Origin: Escherichia coli
GTDB lineage: Bacteria; Pseudomonadota; Gammaproteobacteria; Enterobacterales; Enterobacteriaceae
NCBI RefSeq assembly: GCF_013122565.1
Contig: NZ_CP053258.1
DNA: 64,000 nt
Reading direction: 5' to 3' (one strand)
Part shown: piece after piece, positions 1-12,200 of the stretch
Layout of the letters: the number at the start of each line of letters is the position of its first letter
Numbering within the stretch: the first letter of the stretch is position 1
Made by a program: the position numbers and the translations under genes
The notes under the pieces: generated by a model
The model's database searches: none
What the model saw: only the letters and a program-made list of their open reading frames with translations
What the model was told of the DNA's origin: nothing

Positions 1-1219
1 CATCAAAGGCGCTGGCATTGTGCTGCGGGCTTTTGTAATAGCCACGGAAGGTGTACGGACCGCGGGTCATCAGGCGTCCAACTTCCCCTTGCGGCAGTGG
101 TTTTCCTTCGGCATCGGCAACCCACACTTCATCGTCCGGACACATTGGGTAACCCTGGGTATGGATAATTTTCTCCGCGCTATCATCAAGTCGGGTGTAG
201 TTCACCAGCCCTTCCGCCATGCCAAACACCTGCTGCAACTGGCAGCCAATCTCAGCGGGAATACGCGCCGCAAGGGTGGCAGAAAGACGTGCGCCGCCGA
301 CCTGTAACAGTTTCAGCGAGGCAAGCTGCGCCCGGCTTTCGCCTTCAGCCAGCGCCTGCAACCACAGGCTGACTGCCGGCGGCACCAGCGCGGTAACGTT
401 AACCTGATGTTTTGCAATCAACGGGAAGCAAAGCGTGGCGCTGGGATCGGCCGCCAGAACAACCGTTCCTCCGGCAAGAAAGACGCCCAGCGATCCCGGC
501 GAACTCATGGCGTAGTTATGAGCCGCCGGGATCGCGCACAGGTAGCGTGTCTGTTGTGTGAACTGACAAATCTCGACGCTACGACGCACGCTGTAGTAGT
601 AGTCGTTATGAGTGCGCGGGATCAGCTTCGGTGTACCGGTGGTGCCGCCGGAAAGCTGGAAATAGGCCACTTCATCAGCAGGTGACGGCATAGCAGTAAA
701 ACCGTCTGCCGGATGGTTAATCGCATCCTGCAAGTTATGCTCACCGCAGTCGTTGTGCAGTTGCACCACGCGAATGGAGGAGTGCTCTGCAACAAATGTG
801 TTGAGGAAATCATCCCCGCTAAATAGCGCATGTTGGCGATCGGCAATCAGTAACGCCGGTTCAATCTGGCTGGCATAGGCGTTCAGTTCACTACGCTGAT
901 GGCTGAACAGCGCCAGCACCGGCGCAACGCCCAGTTTCAGCAGTGCGAAAAAGGTAATATACAATTCAGCGACGTTACCCAGTTGTACCAGCGCGGTTTC
1001 ACCAGGTTTAATGCCCTGACGGCGCAAACTACAGGCGAGGTTATCCGCCGCCTGATTCAGCTCCCGGTAACTCAACTGCCGCTCGCCGTCGATAACCGCG
1101 ATGCTGTCACTCGCAGCATGTCGTGTCAGAATGTCAGTCAATGGCAAATCCTGCCAGTAGCCTTTTTCCCGATAGCGACGGGCAAACTCTTCCGGCCAGC
1201 GGGTAAATGGAATGCTCAT
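1..1219 (-). CDS. entE: 2,3-dihydroxybenzoate-AMP ligase EntE, N-terminal part only (3' end lies beyond window start)
   Basis: Minus-strand frame from ATG (plus cat 1217-1219) reads [25 protein letters not shown]...; no stop before the window edge; sits immediately downstream of entC as in the entCEBA operon. Confidence 0.9.
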   Translation of the reverse strand, partial: MSIPFTRWPEEFARRYREKGYWQDLPLTDILTRHAASDSIAVIDGERQLSYRELNQAADNLACSLRRQGIKPGETALVQLGNVAELYITFFALLKLGVAPVLALFSHQRSELNAYASQIEPALLIADRQHALFSGDDFLNTFVAEHSSIRVVQLHNDCGEHNLQDAINHPADGFTAMPSPADEVAYFQLSGGTTGTPKLIPRTHNDYYYSVRRSVEICQFTQQTRYLCAIPAAHNYAMSSPGSLGVFLAGGTVVLAADPSATLCFPLIAKHQVNVTALVPPAVSLWLQALAEGESRAQLASLKLLQVGGARLSATLAARIPAEIGCQLQQVFGMAEGLVNYTRLDDSAEKIIHTQGYPMCPDDEVWVADAEGKPLPQGEVGRLMTRGPYTFRGYYKSPQHNASAFD

Positions 1220-1228
1220 CCTCGCTCC

Positions 1229-2404
1229 TTAATGCAATCCAAAAACGTTCAACATGGTAGAAAGTTTGACGCCTGTTTCGCGCCACTCACCCAACGGTGA
1301 CGACGCAGGCACAATCCCCGCTCCGGCAAACAGACGCACCTGATTTTCCCGCAGCTTCGCGCAGCGGATGGTCACCACCCATTCGCCGTTACCTTCGCTG
1401 TCACACCAACCCACGATGCCGCCAAACAGTTCGCGGTCGAACGGCTCCAGTTCAGCAATAACCTGGGTCGCGGCCTGATGCGGGAAACCGCTCAGCGCGG
1501 GGGTCGGATGCAGCAGACAGGCCAGAGTCAGTGCGTTTTCTTGCGAATTCGCTTTACCTTCAAAGGGAGTTGCGAGATGCCACAGCGTCGGCGTGGTAAT
1601 CAGCTGTGGACAGGAGGGAACGTGTAACTCACTACTGCGTTCGCGCAGTACCTCTTTCATCGCCTGAGTCACCAGTTCATGTTCATGGCGATCTTTTTCT
1701 GACGCCAGCAGACGATTACCCGCTTCGCGATCGAGCACTTCATCCGGCTGACGACGCGCGGAACCGGCTAACGGAATGGAGCTAAAACGCTCGCCGTCTT
1801 TACGTAGCAGCAGTTCCGGGCTGGCCCCCAGCAGGACGCCACCATCTGCCAACGGCACATGGAAGTTGTAACTAACCGGGTTTTGCGCAATCAACCGTTC
1901 CAGCAATACGCCACTATCAATGGCGGCGTCAGTGGTGATATCAATCAACCGTGACAACACCACTTTGTCGACCTGCGGCGTGGCGGTAAGTGCGGCAGCG
2001 CGAGCAACCATCTGTTCAAACGTGGTTTGTTCCGGAATTGCCTGGCGTTCCACCACGTTCAGCGACTGGCTGCGGGTGAAACGGCGTGCGGAAGCTTGTT
2101 TTTCCTGACGGGAGAACGACTGCCAGGATTCAGGAATATACAGCGACGAAGGCTGACATGGATCGAAGGGAATCGCCCCGACCATCACCGGATTTTTGAT
2201 GCCCTGCGCTTTGGCGTCGGCAAACAGCGCGGCGAGTTTTTGCTGGAAGGGACTGTCGGGCGAATCCCCATTCACAGCCGGTTCATCGAAGCGGGCGAAA
2301 CATCCTGACGTCGTAAAACTGCGGTACGGCGACATAAAGAAAAAGCGATTGGGCGCAAGTGTTGCCATGGTCTGCTGTACTTCCTCAGCCAGTGACGTAT
2401 CCAT
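1229..2404 (-). CDS. entC: isochorismate synthase EntC
   Basis: ORF track 1229..2416; product [23 protein letters not shown]... recognised as EntC; start placed at the internal ATG giving 391 aa (track frame begins 4 codons upstream at a GTG). Confidence 0.92.
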   Translation of the reverse strand: MDTSLAEEVQQTMATLAPNRFFFMSPYRSFTTSGCFARFDEPAVNGDSPDSPFQQKLAALFADAKAQGIKNPVMVGAIPFDPCQPSSLYIPESWQSFSRQEKQASARRFTRSQSLNVVERQAIPEQTTFEQMVARAAALTATPQVDKVVLSRLIDITTDAAIDSGVLLERLIAQNPVSYNFHVPLADGGVLLGASPELLLRKDGERFSSIPLAGSARRQPDEVLDREAGNRLLASEKDRHEHELVTQAMKEVLRERSSELHVPSCPQLITTPTLWHLATPFEGKANSQENALTLACLLHPTPALSGFPHQAATQVIAELEPFDRELFGGIVGWCDSEGNGEWVVTIRCAKLRENQVRLFAGAGIVPASSPLGEWRETGVKLSTMLNVFGLH

Positions 2405-2433
2405 ATCATCCTCCACAAAATGATAAAGGCTTT

Positions 2434-2452
2434 AATAATGATTATCATTTAT
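2434..2452. promoter_or_regulatory. Fur box in entC/fepB divergent promoter region
   Basis: aataatgattatcatttat closely matches the Fur consensus GATAATGATAATCATTATC, about 30 bp upstream of the entC start. Confidence 0.6.
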
Positions 2453-2610
2453 ATTTTCGGTCGCTAACCTAAAAGCAAACGCGCACTATGTCAACTCTTG
2501 AGGTAACGCAATCTGCAACTCGGGGTTGCATCTGGTTGTGGTTACAATGAAAATGAGAAGCATTATTGATGGATTCGCATAAGCGCAATGTGATGGCCTG
2601 CGCCGTTCTG

Positions 2611-2708
2611 CCCCCTCTCCCTTCCAGGGAGAGGGCTGGGGTGAGGGTTAATGCTCGCACCAGTGCTGGCTGTTCCCCTCACCCTCTCCCCAAAGGGGCG
2701 AGGGTACG
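2611..2708. repeat. GC-rich nested inverted repeats in the fepB 5' leader
   Basis: ccctctccc..gggagaggg..gggtgaggg then cccctcaccctctcccc..ggggcgaggg: complementary arms able to form alternative stem-loops; a short burst of high GC within an otherwise AT-rich leader. Confidence 0.45.
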
Positions 2709-2772
2709 GATTGTGCGCTTTGTCGAATTTGTCATTACGCCCTTAACCTTATTAATAACAGGAAGCTGATTT

Positions 2773-3729
2773 GTGAGACTCGCCCCGCTCTACCGCAATG
2801 CCCTTCTATTAACAGGACTTTTGCTTTCAGGAATAGCCGTAGTTCAGGCCGCCGACTGGCCGCGTCAGATTACTGACAGCCGGGGCACTCATACCCTGGA
2901 AAGCCAGCCGCAGCGTATTGTTTCCACCAGCGTCACCCTGACTGGCTCACTGCTGGCGATTGATGCTCCTGTGATCGCCAGCGGCGCGACCACGCCGAAT
3001 AACCGCGTCGCGGATGACCAGGGTTTTTTACGCCAGTGGAGCAAGGTGGCGAAAGAACGCAAACTGCAACGGCTCTATATCGGCGAACCGAGCGCCGAAG
3101 CCGTTGCCGCGCAAATGCCGGATCTGATTTTAATTAGCGCAACCGGTGGTGATTCGGCGCTGGCGCTGTATGATCAGCTTTCCACCATCGCCCCGACATT
3201 AATCATCAATTACGACGACAAAAGCTGGCAGTCGCTGTTAACGCAGCTTGGCGAAATTACCGGGCATGAGAAACAAGCGGCAGAGCGGATTGCACAGTTT
3301 GATAAGCAACTGGCGGCGGCGAAAGAGCAAATCAAATTACCGCCGCAGCCGGTCACTGCCATTGTCTATACCGCCGCTGCACACAGTGCCAATCTCTGGA
3401 CGCCGGAATCAGCACAAGGGCAGATGCTGGAACAACTCGGCTTTACGTTGGCGAAATTGCCCGCAGGGTTAAACGCCAGCCAAAGCCAGGGCAAACGCCA
3501 TGACATCATTCAGCTTGGTGGAGAAAATCTGGCTGCAGGGTTAAATGGCGAGTCACTATTCCTGTTCGCCGGTGATCAGAAAGATGCCGATGCTATTTAT
3601 GCCAATCCACTGCTCGCGCACCTGCCCGCAGTACAAAACAAGCAGGTTTATGCGCTGGGAACCGAGACGTTCCGTCTGGATTACTACAGCGCCATGCAAG
3701 TGCTGGAACGACTTAAGGCGCTGTTTTAA
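2773..3729 (+). CDS. fepB: ferric enterobactin periplasmic binding protein FepB
   Basis: 318-aa ORF with GTG start; signal-peptide-like N-terminus [26 protein letters not shown]; sequence recognised as FepB. Confidence 0.93.
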   Translation: MRLAPLYRNALLLTGLLLSGIAVVQAADWPRQITDSRGTHTLESQPQRIVSTSVTLTGSLLAIDAPVIASGATTPNNRVADDQGFLRQWSKVAKERKLQRLYIGEPSAEAVAAQMPDLILISATGGDSALALYDQLSTIAPTLIINYDDKSWQSLLTQLGEITGHEKQAAERIAQFDKQLAAAKEQIKLPPQPVTAIVYTAAAHSANLWTPESAQGQMLEQLGFTLAKLPAGLNASQSQGKRHDIIQLGGENLAAGLNGESLFLFAGDQKDADAIYANPLLAHLPAVQNKQVYALGTETFRLDYYSAMQVLERLKALF

Positions 3730-3732
3730 GCA

Positions 3733-4983
3733 TTAACCGTCAGACGCTGTCACCTGCGGCGGCGTCTGGCGAAAACGTCGCAACTCCACCAGCACCAGCA
3801 ATAACAACACGCCGATAATCAACAAACCAAAACCGCTCGCGCTTGCGGAAGCAACCGGTGTCATCATCGCTCCCAAACCGCCCAGCAGCGCCGCGCCTAT
3901 GGCATCGCCCGTCACGTTTTGTGCCGTCCACAAACCATTAATCCGCCCTAACATCGCTTCCGGGGTTTGCGTTTGCAGCATTGTATATTGCAGCAACGAG
4001 CTGACCGCACTCAACCAGCCGAACAGCGCCAGACAAACCACGCCTAAAATCCACATCGGCATCAGGCCAAACAGACCAATGGCGAGGAACGATCCCAGCG
4101 TGGAGAGCAGCATCAATAACCCTGGTCGCGCGCTATGCGCCAACTTCCCGCTGGTTAACGCGCCAATAGCCGCGCCGAGCGGGATCGCCGCATAGAGAAA
4201 ACCAATCTGTGCCGCCGACATCTGCCAGTTGTCAGCCAGCGCCGGATACAGTACCCGCACCGCACTCGCCATCGTCAATAAACCACCCAGCAGCGCAATC
4301 CCTCCCACCAGCGGGCTGGCGAGCAGAAAACGAAATCCTGCCAGTAATGATTTCAACGGATGCTCACGCGGCTGCGGTGGTGGTGGCAGTGCCGGAAGGC
4401 TTAACAACGGTAGCAAGGTAATAAACGTGCCCGCCGCCGCCAGTCCGTAGTTCCAGGCCACACCGCCAGTCGCCAGCAATAAACCGCCAATCATGGGCGA
4501 AATCACCGACCCCAGACGCACGGTCAACATGGTGATCGCCCCGGCCTGCATTAAGTTTTCACGCCCTACCAGTGCAGGTGTCGCCGCCAGTAGCGCCGTA
4601 ACGCCAAGTGATGCGAAAAAACCATCCCATAAACCAAGTAAATAGATTGCCAGCAATGACGGTTCAGGCAGCAGTGCATTAAGGCACAGTCCAATGAAGC
4701 CAATGCCACAGGTGCCGCGCGCCAGCAAAATCACTTTTTTGCGTTCATAGCGATCCGCCAGCACACCGCCGACCATCAGGCCAACAAACATCGCGCCGCC
4801 GGTCAGCGTCACCGAAAGCCCCACCTGCCAGGTGGAATGTGTCATCATCTGGATCTGCACCGGCACCGCGACGCCGAGCAAACCCAGAGAAACAATAGAG
4901 ATGAAACGAGCGAGGAATACTGCGCGAAACGCCGGGTGCGTTTTCAACAGGCTGAGGTTAAGCAGCCAGGATTGTTTATTCAT
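3733..4983 (-). CDS. entS: enterobactin exporter EntS (MFS transporter)
   Basis: 416-aa polytopic membrane protein [27 protein letters not shown]...; divergent from fepD. Confidence 0.93.
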   Translation of the reverse strand: MNKQSWLLNLSLLKTHPAFRAVFLARFISIVSLGLLGVAVPVQIQMMTHSTWQVGLSVTLTGGAMFVGLMVGGVLADRYERKKVILLARGTCGIGFIGLCLNALLPEPSLLAIYLLGLWDGFFASLGVTALLAATPALVGRENLMQAGAITMLTVRLGSVISPMIGGLLLATGGVAWNYGLAAAGTFITLLPLLSLPALPPPPQPREHPLKSLLAGFRFLLASPLVGGIALLGGLLTMASAVRVLYPALADNWQMSAAQIGFLYAAIPLGAAIGALTSGKLAHSARPGLLMLLSTLGSFLAIGLFGLMPMWILGVVCLALFGWLSAVSSLLQYTMLQTQTPEAMLGRINGLWTAQNVTGDAIGAALLGGLGAMMTPVASASASGFGLLIIGVLLLLVLVELRRFRQTPPQVTASDG

Positions 4984-5056
4984 TACAATGCCTTGCCATC
5001 AAATATTTTAAATACCTATTCTTAGGCTGCACATGCTAACATATCCAAATAAGATC

Positions 5057-5081
5057 GATAACGATAATTAATTTCATTATC
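5057..5081. promoter_or_regulatory. Fur box(es) in entS/fepD divergent promoter
   Basis: gataacgataattaatttcattatc: overlapping GATAAT/ATTATC hexamers typical of Fur sites, between the entS and fepD starts. Confidence 0.55.
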
Positions 5082-5093
5082 ATGGAAGTTCGT

Positions 5094-6098
5094 ATGTCTG
5101 GTTCTGTTGCCGTGACACGCGCCATTGCCGTGCCCGGATTGCTGTTATTACTGATTATCGCGACGGCATTAAGCCTGCTCATTGGGGCAAAATCACTCCC
5201 CGCTTCCGTAGTGCTGGAGGCCTTCTCCGGCACCTGCCAGAGCGCCGACTGCACCATCGTGCTTGACGCGCGACTGCCGCGCACCCTTGCCGGTTTACTG
5301 GCAGGCGGTGCGCTTGGCCTTGCCGGGGCGTTAATGCAAACCCTCACCCGAAACCCACTTGCCGACCCCGGCTTGCTTGGCGTGAACGCCGGAGCCAGCT
5401 TTGCCATTGTGCTGGGTGCGGCGCTGTTTGGTTACTCATCCGCGCAGGAACAACTGGCGATGGCCTTCGCCGGGGCGCTGGTGGCCTCGTTGATTGTTGC
5501 CTTTACCGGCAGCCAGGGCGGCGGGCAGTTAAGCCCGGTGCGTTTAACCCTGGCGGGCGTGGCACTGGCGGCAGTGCTGGAAGGGCTGACCAGCGGCATC
5601 GCCCTGCTCAACCCTGACGTCTACGATCAGTTGCGTTTCTGGCAAGCCGGTTCGCTGGATATTCGCAATCTTCACACCTTAAAAGTAGTACTGATCCCGG
5701 TATTGATTGCCGGAGCAACCGCGCTATTACTGAGCCGCGCGCTGAACAGTCTGAGTCTCGGCAGCGATACCGCAACGGCGCTGGGCAGTCGCGTGGCGCG
5801 CACACAGTTGATTGGTCTGCTGGCGATTACCGTGCTTTGTGGTAGTGCGACGGCGGTAGTTGGCCCGATTGCCTTTATCGGCCTGATGATGCCGCACATG
5901 GCGCGCTGGCTGGTAGGTGCCGATCATCGCTGGTCGCTGCCCGTCACGCTACTTGCTACCCCTGCCCTGCTGCTGTTTGCCGATATCATCGGGCGGGTGA
6001 TTGTGCCCGGTGAACTGCGCGTTTCTGTGGTCAGTGCGTTTATTGGTGCACCGGTGCTAATCTTCCTCGTGCGACGTAAAACGCGAGGTGGCGCATGA
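5094..6098 (+). CDS. fepD: ferric enterobactin ABC transporter permease FepD
   Basis: ORF track 5082..6098 (MEVRMSGS...); start placed at the second ATG (MSGSVAVTRAIAV..., 334 aa); stop overlaps fepG start. Confidence 0.9.
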   Translation: MSGSVAVTRAIAVPGLLLLLIIATALSLLIGAKSLPASVVLEAFSGTCQSADCTIVLDARLPRTLAGLLAGGALGLAGALMQTLTRNPLADPGLLGVNAGASFAIVLGAALFGYSSAQEQLAMAFAGALVASLIVAFTGSQGGGQLSPVRLTLAGVALAAVLEGLTSGIALLNPDVYDQLRFWQAGSLDIRNLHTLKVVLIPVLIAGATALLLSRALNSLSLGSDTATALGSRVARTQLIGLLAITVLCGSATAVVGPIAFIGLMMPHMARWLVGADHRWSLPVTLLATPALLLFADIIGRVIVPGELRVSVVSAFIGAPVLIFLVRRKTRGGA

Positions 6099-7087
6099 TT
6101 TACGTCTCTCGCCGATTAATCATCACCTGTTTGCTGTTGGTTTCCGCCTGTGTGGTTGCAGGTATCTGGGGATTACGCAGCGGTGCCGTCACGCTGGAAA
6201 CCTCGCAGGTATTCGCCGCGCTGATGGGCGATGCGCCGCGCAGTATGACGATGGTGGTCACCGAATGGCGTTTACCACGAGTGCTGATGGCGCTGTTGAT
6301 TGGCGCGGCGCTGAGCGTCAGCGGCGCGATTTTTCAGTCGCTGATGCGTAACCCGCTCGGCAGCCCTGACGTAATGGGCTTTAACACCGGGGCGTGGAGC
6401 GGCGTGCTGGTGGCGATGGTGCTGTTTGGTCAGGATCTGACGGCTATCGCGCTGGCAGCAATGGCGGGCGGCATTGTCACCTCGCTGTTGGTCTGGCTGC
6501 TCGCCTGGCGTAACGGTATCGACACCTTTCGGTTGATTATTATCGGCATCGGCGTTCGCGCCATGCTGGTGGCCTTTAATACCTGGCTGTTGCTGAAAGC
6601 GTCTTTAGAAACGGCGCTAACAGCGGGTTTGTGGAATGCAGGCTCGCTCAACGGCCTGACGTGGGCAAAAATCTCGCCTTCCGCCCCCATCATTATATTG
6701 ATGCTCATTGCCGCTGCCTTACTGGTACGCCGGATGCGCTTGCTGGAGATGGGCGATGATACCGCCTGCGCGCTGGGCGTCAGCGTCGAGCGTTCGCGTC
6801 TGTTAATGATGCTGGTTGCAGTGGTGCTTACCGCTGCGGCAACGGCGCTTGCCGGGCCGATTTCCTTTATTGCTTTAGTCGCGCCGCACATTGCCCGACG
6901 CATTAGCGGCACCGCTCGCTGGGGGCTGACCCAGGCGGCGCTGTGCGGAGCGCTGTTACTGCTGGCGGCCGATCTCTGCGCCCAACAACTGTTTATGCCG
7001 TATCAACTTCCGGTTGGCGTCGTTACCGTCAGCCTCGGCGGTATTTACCTTATCGTCTTGTTAATTCAGGAGTCTCGCAAAAAATGA
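6095..7087 (+). CDS. fepG: ferric enterobactin ABC transporter permease FepG
   Basis: 330-aa membrane ORF MIYVSRRLIITCLLLVSACVVAG...; 4-bp overlaps with fepD upstream and fepC downstream. Confidence 0.93.
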   Translation: MIYVSRRLIITCLLLVSACVVAGIWGLRSGAVTLETSQVFAALMGDAPRSMTMVVTEWRLPRVLMALLIGAALSVSGAIFQSLMRNPLGSPDVMGFNTGAWSGVLVAMVLFGQDLTAIALAAMAGGIVTSLLVWLLAWRNGIDTFRLIIIGIGVRAMLVAFNTWLLLKASLETALTAGLWNAGSLNGLTWAKISPSAPIIILMLIAAALLVRRMRLLEMGDDTACALGVSVERSRLLMMLVAVVLTAAATALAGPISFIALVAPHIARRISGTARWGLTQAALCGALLLLAADLCAQQLFMPYQLPVGVVTVSLGGIYLIVLLIQESRKK

Positions 7088-7899
7088 CCGAATCAGTAGC
7101 CCGTTTGCGCGGCGAACAGTTAACCCTGGGATATGGCAAATATACCGTTGCGGAAAATCTGACTGTAGAAATTCCTGATGGTCACTTCACGGCAATTATC
7201 GGACCAAATGGCTGTGGTAAATCCACGTTACTGCGTACCTTAAGCCGCCTGATGACGCCTGCTCACGGGCATGTCTGGCTGGATGGCGAGCACATTCAAC
7301 ATTACGCCAGTAAAGAAGTTGCACGCCGGATTGGTCTGTTGGCGCAAAATGCCACCACGCCGGGCGATATCACCGTGCAGGAGCTGGTGGCGCGTGGACG
7401 TTATCCGCATCAACCGCTGTTTACCCGCTGGCGCAAAGAGGATGAAGAAGCGGTAACGAAAGCGATGCAGGCCACGGGAATAACTCATCTGGCAGATCAA
7501 AGCGTGGATACCCTTTCTGGCGGACAACGCCAGCGAGCGTGGATCGCGATGGTGCTGGCCCAGGAAACGGCAATTATGCTGCTCGACGAACCCACGACCT
7601 GGCTGGATATCAGTCATCAGATTGATCTACTGGAACTGTTAAGCGAACTGAACCGCGAGAAAGGCTATACCCTGGCGGCGGTGCTGCACGATCTTAATCA
7701 GGCCTGTCGTTACGCCAGCCATTTGATTGCATTGCGGGAAGGGAAAATTGTTGCTCAGGGAGCGCCGAAGGAGATTGTCACTGCTGAACTGATTGAGCGC
7801 ATTTATGGTCTGCGATGCATGATCATTGACGATCCGGTAGCCGGAACGCCGCTTGTGGTGCCGCTCGGACGAACGGCACCTTCAACCGCAAATAGTTAA
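7084..7899 (+). CDS. fepC: ferric enterobactin ABC transporter ATP-binding protein FepC
   Basis: Start at ATG 7084 overlapping the fepG stop (ATGA); Walker A GPNGCGKST and ABC signature LSGGQRQR present. Confidence 0.93.
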   Translation: MTESVARLRGEQLTLGYGKYTVAENLTVEIPDGHFTAIIGPNGCGKSTLLRTLSRLMTPAHGHVWLDGEHIQHYASKEVARRIGLLAQNATTPGDITVQELVARGRYPHQPLFTRWRKEDEEAVTKAMQATGITHLADQSVDTLSGGQRQRAWIAMVLAQETAIMLLDEPTTWLDISHQIDLLELLSELNREKGYTLAAVLHDLNQACRYASHLIALREGKIVAQGAPKEIVTAELIERIYGLRCMIIDDPVAGTPLVVPLGRTAPSTANS

Positions 7900-9029
7900 A
7901 CTAAGTGGTCTGCCATCATGGCATCCTGTTTTCTGGATGCCATCGCATGGCGCAACAGCACACCACCACAAGCCACCATCCCGCCGATCAACGCGGAAAG
8001 GATCACAATAATCGCCTTACCCGGACCGTCTTTTTTCACTGGCAATGACGGGCTTAACTGATATTTAAACGGCGTAAAATTCACATCGTTGACATTTGCT
8101 TTTGTTAATTGCTCGACAAGATACTGACGATTACGTAATTCACCATTCAGTTCCGCAACGTCAGTAACCGCTTTTTCAATTTCCAGTTTGCGTTCAATAC
8201 CGTCTGCGCCGAGAGAAATAGAGAAATCGGGGTCATCTTTAACGGCCTGACCATTACTGTATACGGGCTTTTTAATTCCTGCCGCGTTGGCAATGTCGAG
8301 TGAATAATTGAGGCGCTGAATGTTTGCATCAAGTTGATTTTTCGTTTTAATGCGATCCTGAGCCAGTTTTTCTTTTTCAAACTGGGTTTTGATCTCCAGC
8401 TTATTACGGACGTTTTCTAGCGACTCTTTCACCACCAACGCAGAGATATAATCGATATACCCGCTCAAAACGGTCTGCGCCTCTTCACTGGTTGGCGCGG
8501 TAAAACTTAGCGTCCAGGAGGTATACAGTGACGGTTCATCTTTTTTCTTACTGGCATTGTCATCAACCGCTTTCATTTTTTCGCTCAATGCGACAATTGC
8601 GCGATGCAAATCCAGTTCGTCGATTTTCGCCTCTTTTAATTGGTCCATCACATAAGGTGATGAACGCAGGTACTCTTCCAGCAAGCTAATTGACTGAAAT
8701 TTCTTGATAAACAGATTAAATACACCGCCACGGTCGATATTAACATCGAGATCAAGAACGCGGAGTTTGGTAAAGGTTTTCTCCAGGTCCTGCCACTGAA
8801 TGGCTTCGGCGGGAGTAATGACGGCTGAGCTGGTCCATTTTTGCGGCAGGATGAAAGAGATCAGCAAGCCTGCGCAGGCAAATGCAAAAACGACTGCCAT
8901 GACCGTTTTTTTGGCCCGCCATAAAACTTCGATTAGATTAAGTAAATCAATTTCATTATTACTGGGCGATGCCAGAGGATACTCAGGAAAATGAGCGTCA
9001 CTTCCCTGTTTAATATTCAGTGATGACAT
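7896..9029 (-). CDS. fepE: Wzz-family polysaccharide co-polymerase FepE (O-antigen chain-length regulator)
   Basis: ORF track 7896..9080; start placed at MSSLNIKQGSDAHFPEYPL (377 aa); convergent with fepC with a 4-bp overlap. Confidence 0.9.
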   Translation of the reverse strand: MSSLNIKQGSDAHFPEYPLASPSNNEIDLLNLIEVLWRAKKTVMAVVFAFACAGLLISFILPQKWTSSAVITPAEAIQWQDLEKTFTKLRVLDLDVNIDRGGVFNLFIKKFQSISLLEEYLRSSPYVMDQLKEAKIDELDLHRAIVALSEKMKAVDDNASKKKDEPSLYTSWTLSFTAPTSEEAQTVLSGYIDYISALVVKESLENVRNKLEIKTQFEKEKLAQDRIKTKNQLDANIQRLNYSLDIANAAGIKKPVYSNGQAVKDDPDFSISLGADGIERKLEIEKAVTDVAELNGELRNRQYLVEQLTKANVNDVNFTPFKYQLSPSLPVKKDGPGKAIIVILSALIGGMVACGGVLLRHAMASRKQDAMMADHLV

Positions 9030-9243
9030 GGGTATAACCTGAAAATGAGTCCAATAGGGGAAAATCTCCACGGCGCTCACTTTACCAGTTGGTGAGAATT
9101 ATCCGAAGCTGAAGTTTGTAAATTCCTTCCACTGAATGAAACATTCACTCTATTTAAGAGAAATGACCAACAAACATATAAATTAAATAAATGATTAACC
9201 CATAATTATTTCCTGTAATTATGGGTTAATAGATAATATTAAT

Positions 9244-12200
9244 TTACCTGTTTAGCGTTTCGCGAATAATCGGCCCAATTTTTTCAAACGCCCCTGGAGA
9301 GATAATATCCACATGCGCACAATCCTGACGATAGATATCCAGCCCGGCTATCCACGGCGACCAGGCGCGTTCGGGGCTCATACCTTCCTGAAGCGTACGT
9401 TCAGCAACAAACAGCGTCGCTCTACCATCAAACGGTACGCTATGAGCAGTCGTCAGCAGGCGCACAGCATCAGCGTAGTTGCCTTCAATGGTGGTAAACA
9501 ACTCCGTTGAAGTACTTCCCTGCTGTGCCGCCAGGAAGGCCTCGCGTTCGCGGTTAATCTCCGCCAGCACTTCCGGGTCCAGGCCATTAGCCTCTTTTTC
9601 CTGCCAGTTTTGCGTTTCTGGCGGCCAGGTATCCAGCAAGCCAAGAAATGCCACCTGTTCGCCACGGGCACGCAGTCGCGCCGCAATACCCTGCGCCAGC
9701 GTACCGCCCAGCGAATAACCCAGCAGGTAATAAGGGCCGTGCGGTTGTTGCTCAAGTAACGTTGCCAGATGCGCTTCGCAGACTTCATCCAGATTTGCCG
9801 CGGTCTGCATGGGGCCATTGGGGCGCGGCGACTGAATGCCGATAATCGACCATTGTGGATCGAGATAACGCGAGAGCACGCTGAACTGCCAGGCAAAACC
9901 GGACGCAGGATGGAAACAAAACAGCGTCGGGCCATTACCTTCACGCAACGGCAGAATGGTTTCGAATCCCATGCGCCGGGAGCTGTCCTCTTCACCATCA
10001 ATAATCGTTGCCAGTTTGGCGACGGTTGATGCGACCATCACCTGCCCCGGCGTCACCTGACGGGCAAACTGCCGACTTAACTGCGCTGCCAGTTTCATTG
10101 CCAGTAGCGAATGACCGCCTAGCGCGAAGAAATCAGCATCGGCATCCTGCACGTCACAACCCAGCAACGACGCGAATGCCGCGGCGATAATCGTTTCACT
10201 GCCCGCTTTCGGCGCACGCCCCGGCGCTTGTGCTTTCAGTTCAGGCAACGGTAAGGCTTTGCGATCCAGCTTGCCGTTGGCGCTAAGAGGTAACTGTGGA
10301 AGTTGCAGCAGAACCACGGGCACCATATGTGGTGGCAATGTTTCGCGAAGCTGCGCCTGTAATGCGCTGGTATCCAACGGCAGGCCCGATTGCGACACCA
10401 GATAGCCCACCAACTGACGCGCATCACCACCGGTGGCTGCCGCCTGGTTAATCACACAGGCGTGGGTAACGGCTTGTTCGACACCCGGCAGCGCCTGCAT
10501 CACGCGATCGATTTCGCCCAGTTCGATACGCTGCCCGCGAATTTTTAGCTGATCGTCACTGCGCCCGAGGTATTCCACCGCGCCGTTATCGAGCCAGCGG
10601 GCAACGTCTCCGGTACGGTACATCCGTTCACCTGGGGCAAAAGGATCGGCAATAAAGCGGCTGGCGGTCAGATCGGGTCGTCCAAGATACCCCTGCGCCA
10701 GTTGAATGCCGGTGAGATAGAGATCACCCGCCACACCCGGCGGCACCGGATGCATCATCGCATCGAGAATGCGCAGGCCCGTATTCCACACCGGATAACC
10801 AATCGGCACACTGCTGCCGCGTACCTGTGCCAGTTCCTCGCCAAAGGCCGGATACCAGCTCACATCTACCGCTGCTTCCGTCGGGCCATACAGATTATGC
10901 AACGGCGCGCCGGTTAACTGTTGCCATTCGCGGCATAAATCAGCCGGTAAGGCTTCACCACTACAGAAAACCTGTTTCAACGTCGCGCAACTCTGGCGAG
11001 CGGTTTGCGGCGTCAGCGATGCAACAAATGCCGCCAGCATCGACGGCACAAAGTGCGTGGTCGTTACGCCATATTCGGCAAAGAATTGCTGCATAGCGAG
11101 CGGGTCGCGGTGCGCTTCCGGTTCAGCCATCACCAGTTTCGCCCCGGCAATAAACGGCCAGAAAAACTCCCACACCGAGACATCAAAACTGCACGGCGTT
11201 TTTTGGGCAACGACATCTTCGCCTGTAAGCGGATAATGATTTTGCATCCACAACAGGCGGTTGACGATAGCCGTCTGCCCGACCATTACCCCTTTCGGCC
11301 TGCCGGTGGAGCCAGAGGTAAAGATGATATAAGCCGTGTGATGCGGTTGTGAAAGTTGCAGCGGCGCACTGCCCTGCGGTGTAAGCGGGGCGTTATAGCA
11401 AAGGCTGGTTAAATCTGGAACATCAACAAAGCGCGGCAGTTGATCGTCGGTGGTGATTAACAGCGACGGACGCGCATCTTCCAGCATCATTTTCAGGCGA
11501 TCGTCCGGATAGCCGGTATCCAGCGGTAGCCAGGCCGCACCAGCTTCAACAATCGCATGTAGCGCCAGGGTCAAAAAGACCGAGCGCGGTAATGCCACCG
11601 CCACGCTGTCCCCTGGTTTAACGCCGTGCTCACGCAGCAGATTCGCCAGCGCCACCACCTGCTCGCGCATTTCCCGATAGCTGAACTGGTAACGCGCATC
11701 TGCCAGCGCCGGAGCATCCGGTGTTTTTGCCGCTTGTTCTGCCACCAGCGCGCTAAGCGTGGTTTCTGGAATCTCAACCTGAGTGGCGTTGATCTGCGCC
11801 AGCTGCGCGTATTCACCTGGCAGCATAATATCGACATCGCCGCACAACAGCGCCGGATCCGCGGCGAATTGGGCGATCAGCATTTTCAGGCGTTCAGCAT
11901 GCTGGATTAACGTTGGCTCAGCGTAACGCTGTTTATTGGCGAGGATTTCAATACTCAAATCACCGTGTTCATCCGGGAACAGGGCCAGTTCAAGGTCATT
12001 AACCGGACCGGTTGCCAGGGTATGGGTTTGCGCCTGAACATCAGGAATATCCAGTTGGTAATCAAAGACCTTGATATTGAGTACCGGACCAAACAGGGGT
12101 TCATCACCTGCCGCTCGCCCGCTGTCACGGACAATTTGTTCGGCATCGTAACGTTGATGGCGACGCATTTTTTTCAGTTGAGCCGCCAGTCGGGTTGCCA

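Noticed and set aside
2566-2769. 67-aa ORF in the fepB leader (MMDSHKRNVMACAVLPPLPSRERAGV...)
   Set aside because: Reads straight through the GC-rich inverted-repeat block; the composition (P/L/R/G) is what translating that repeat would give; a leader peptide cannot be excluded but is unsupported.
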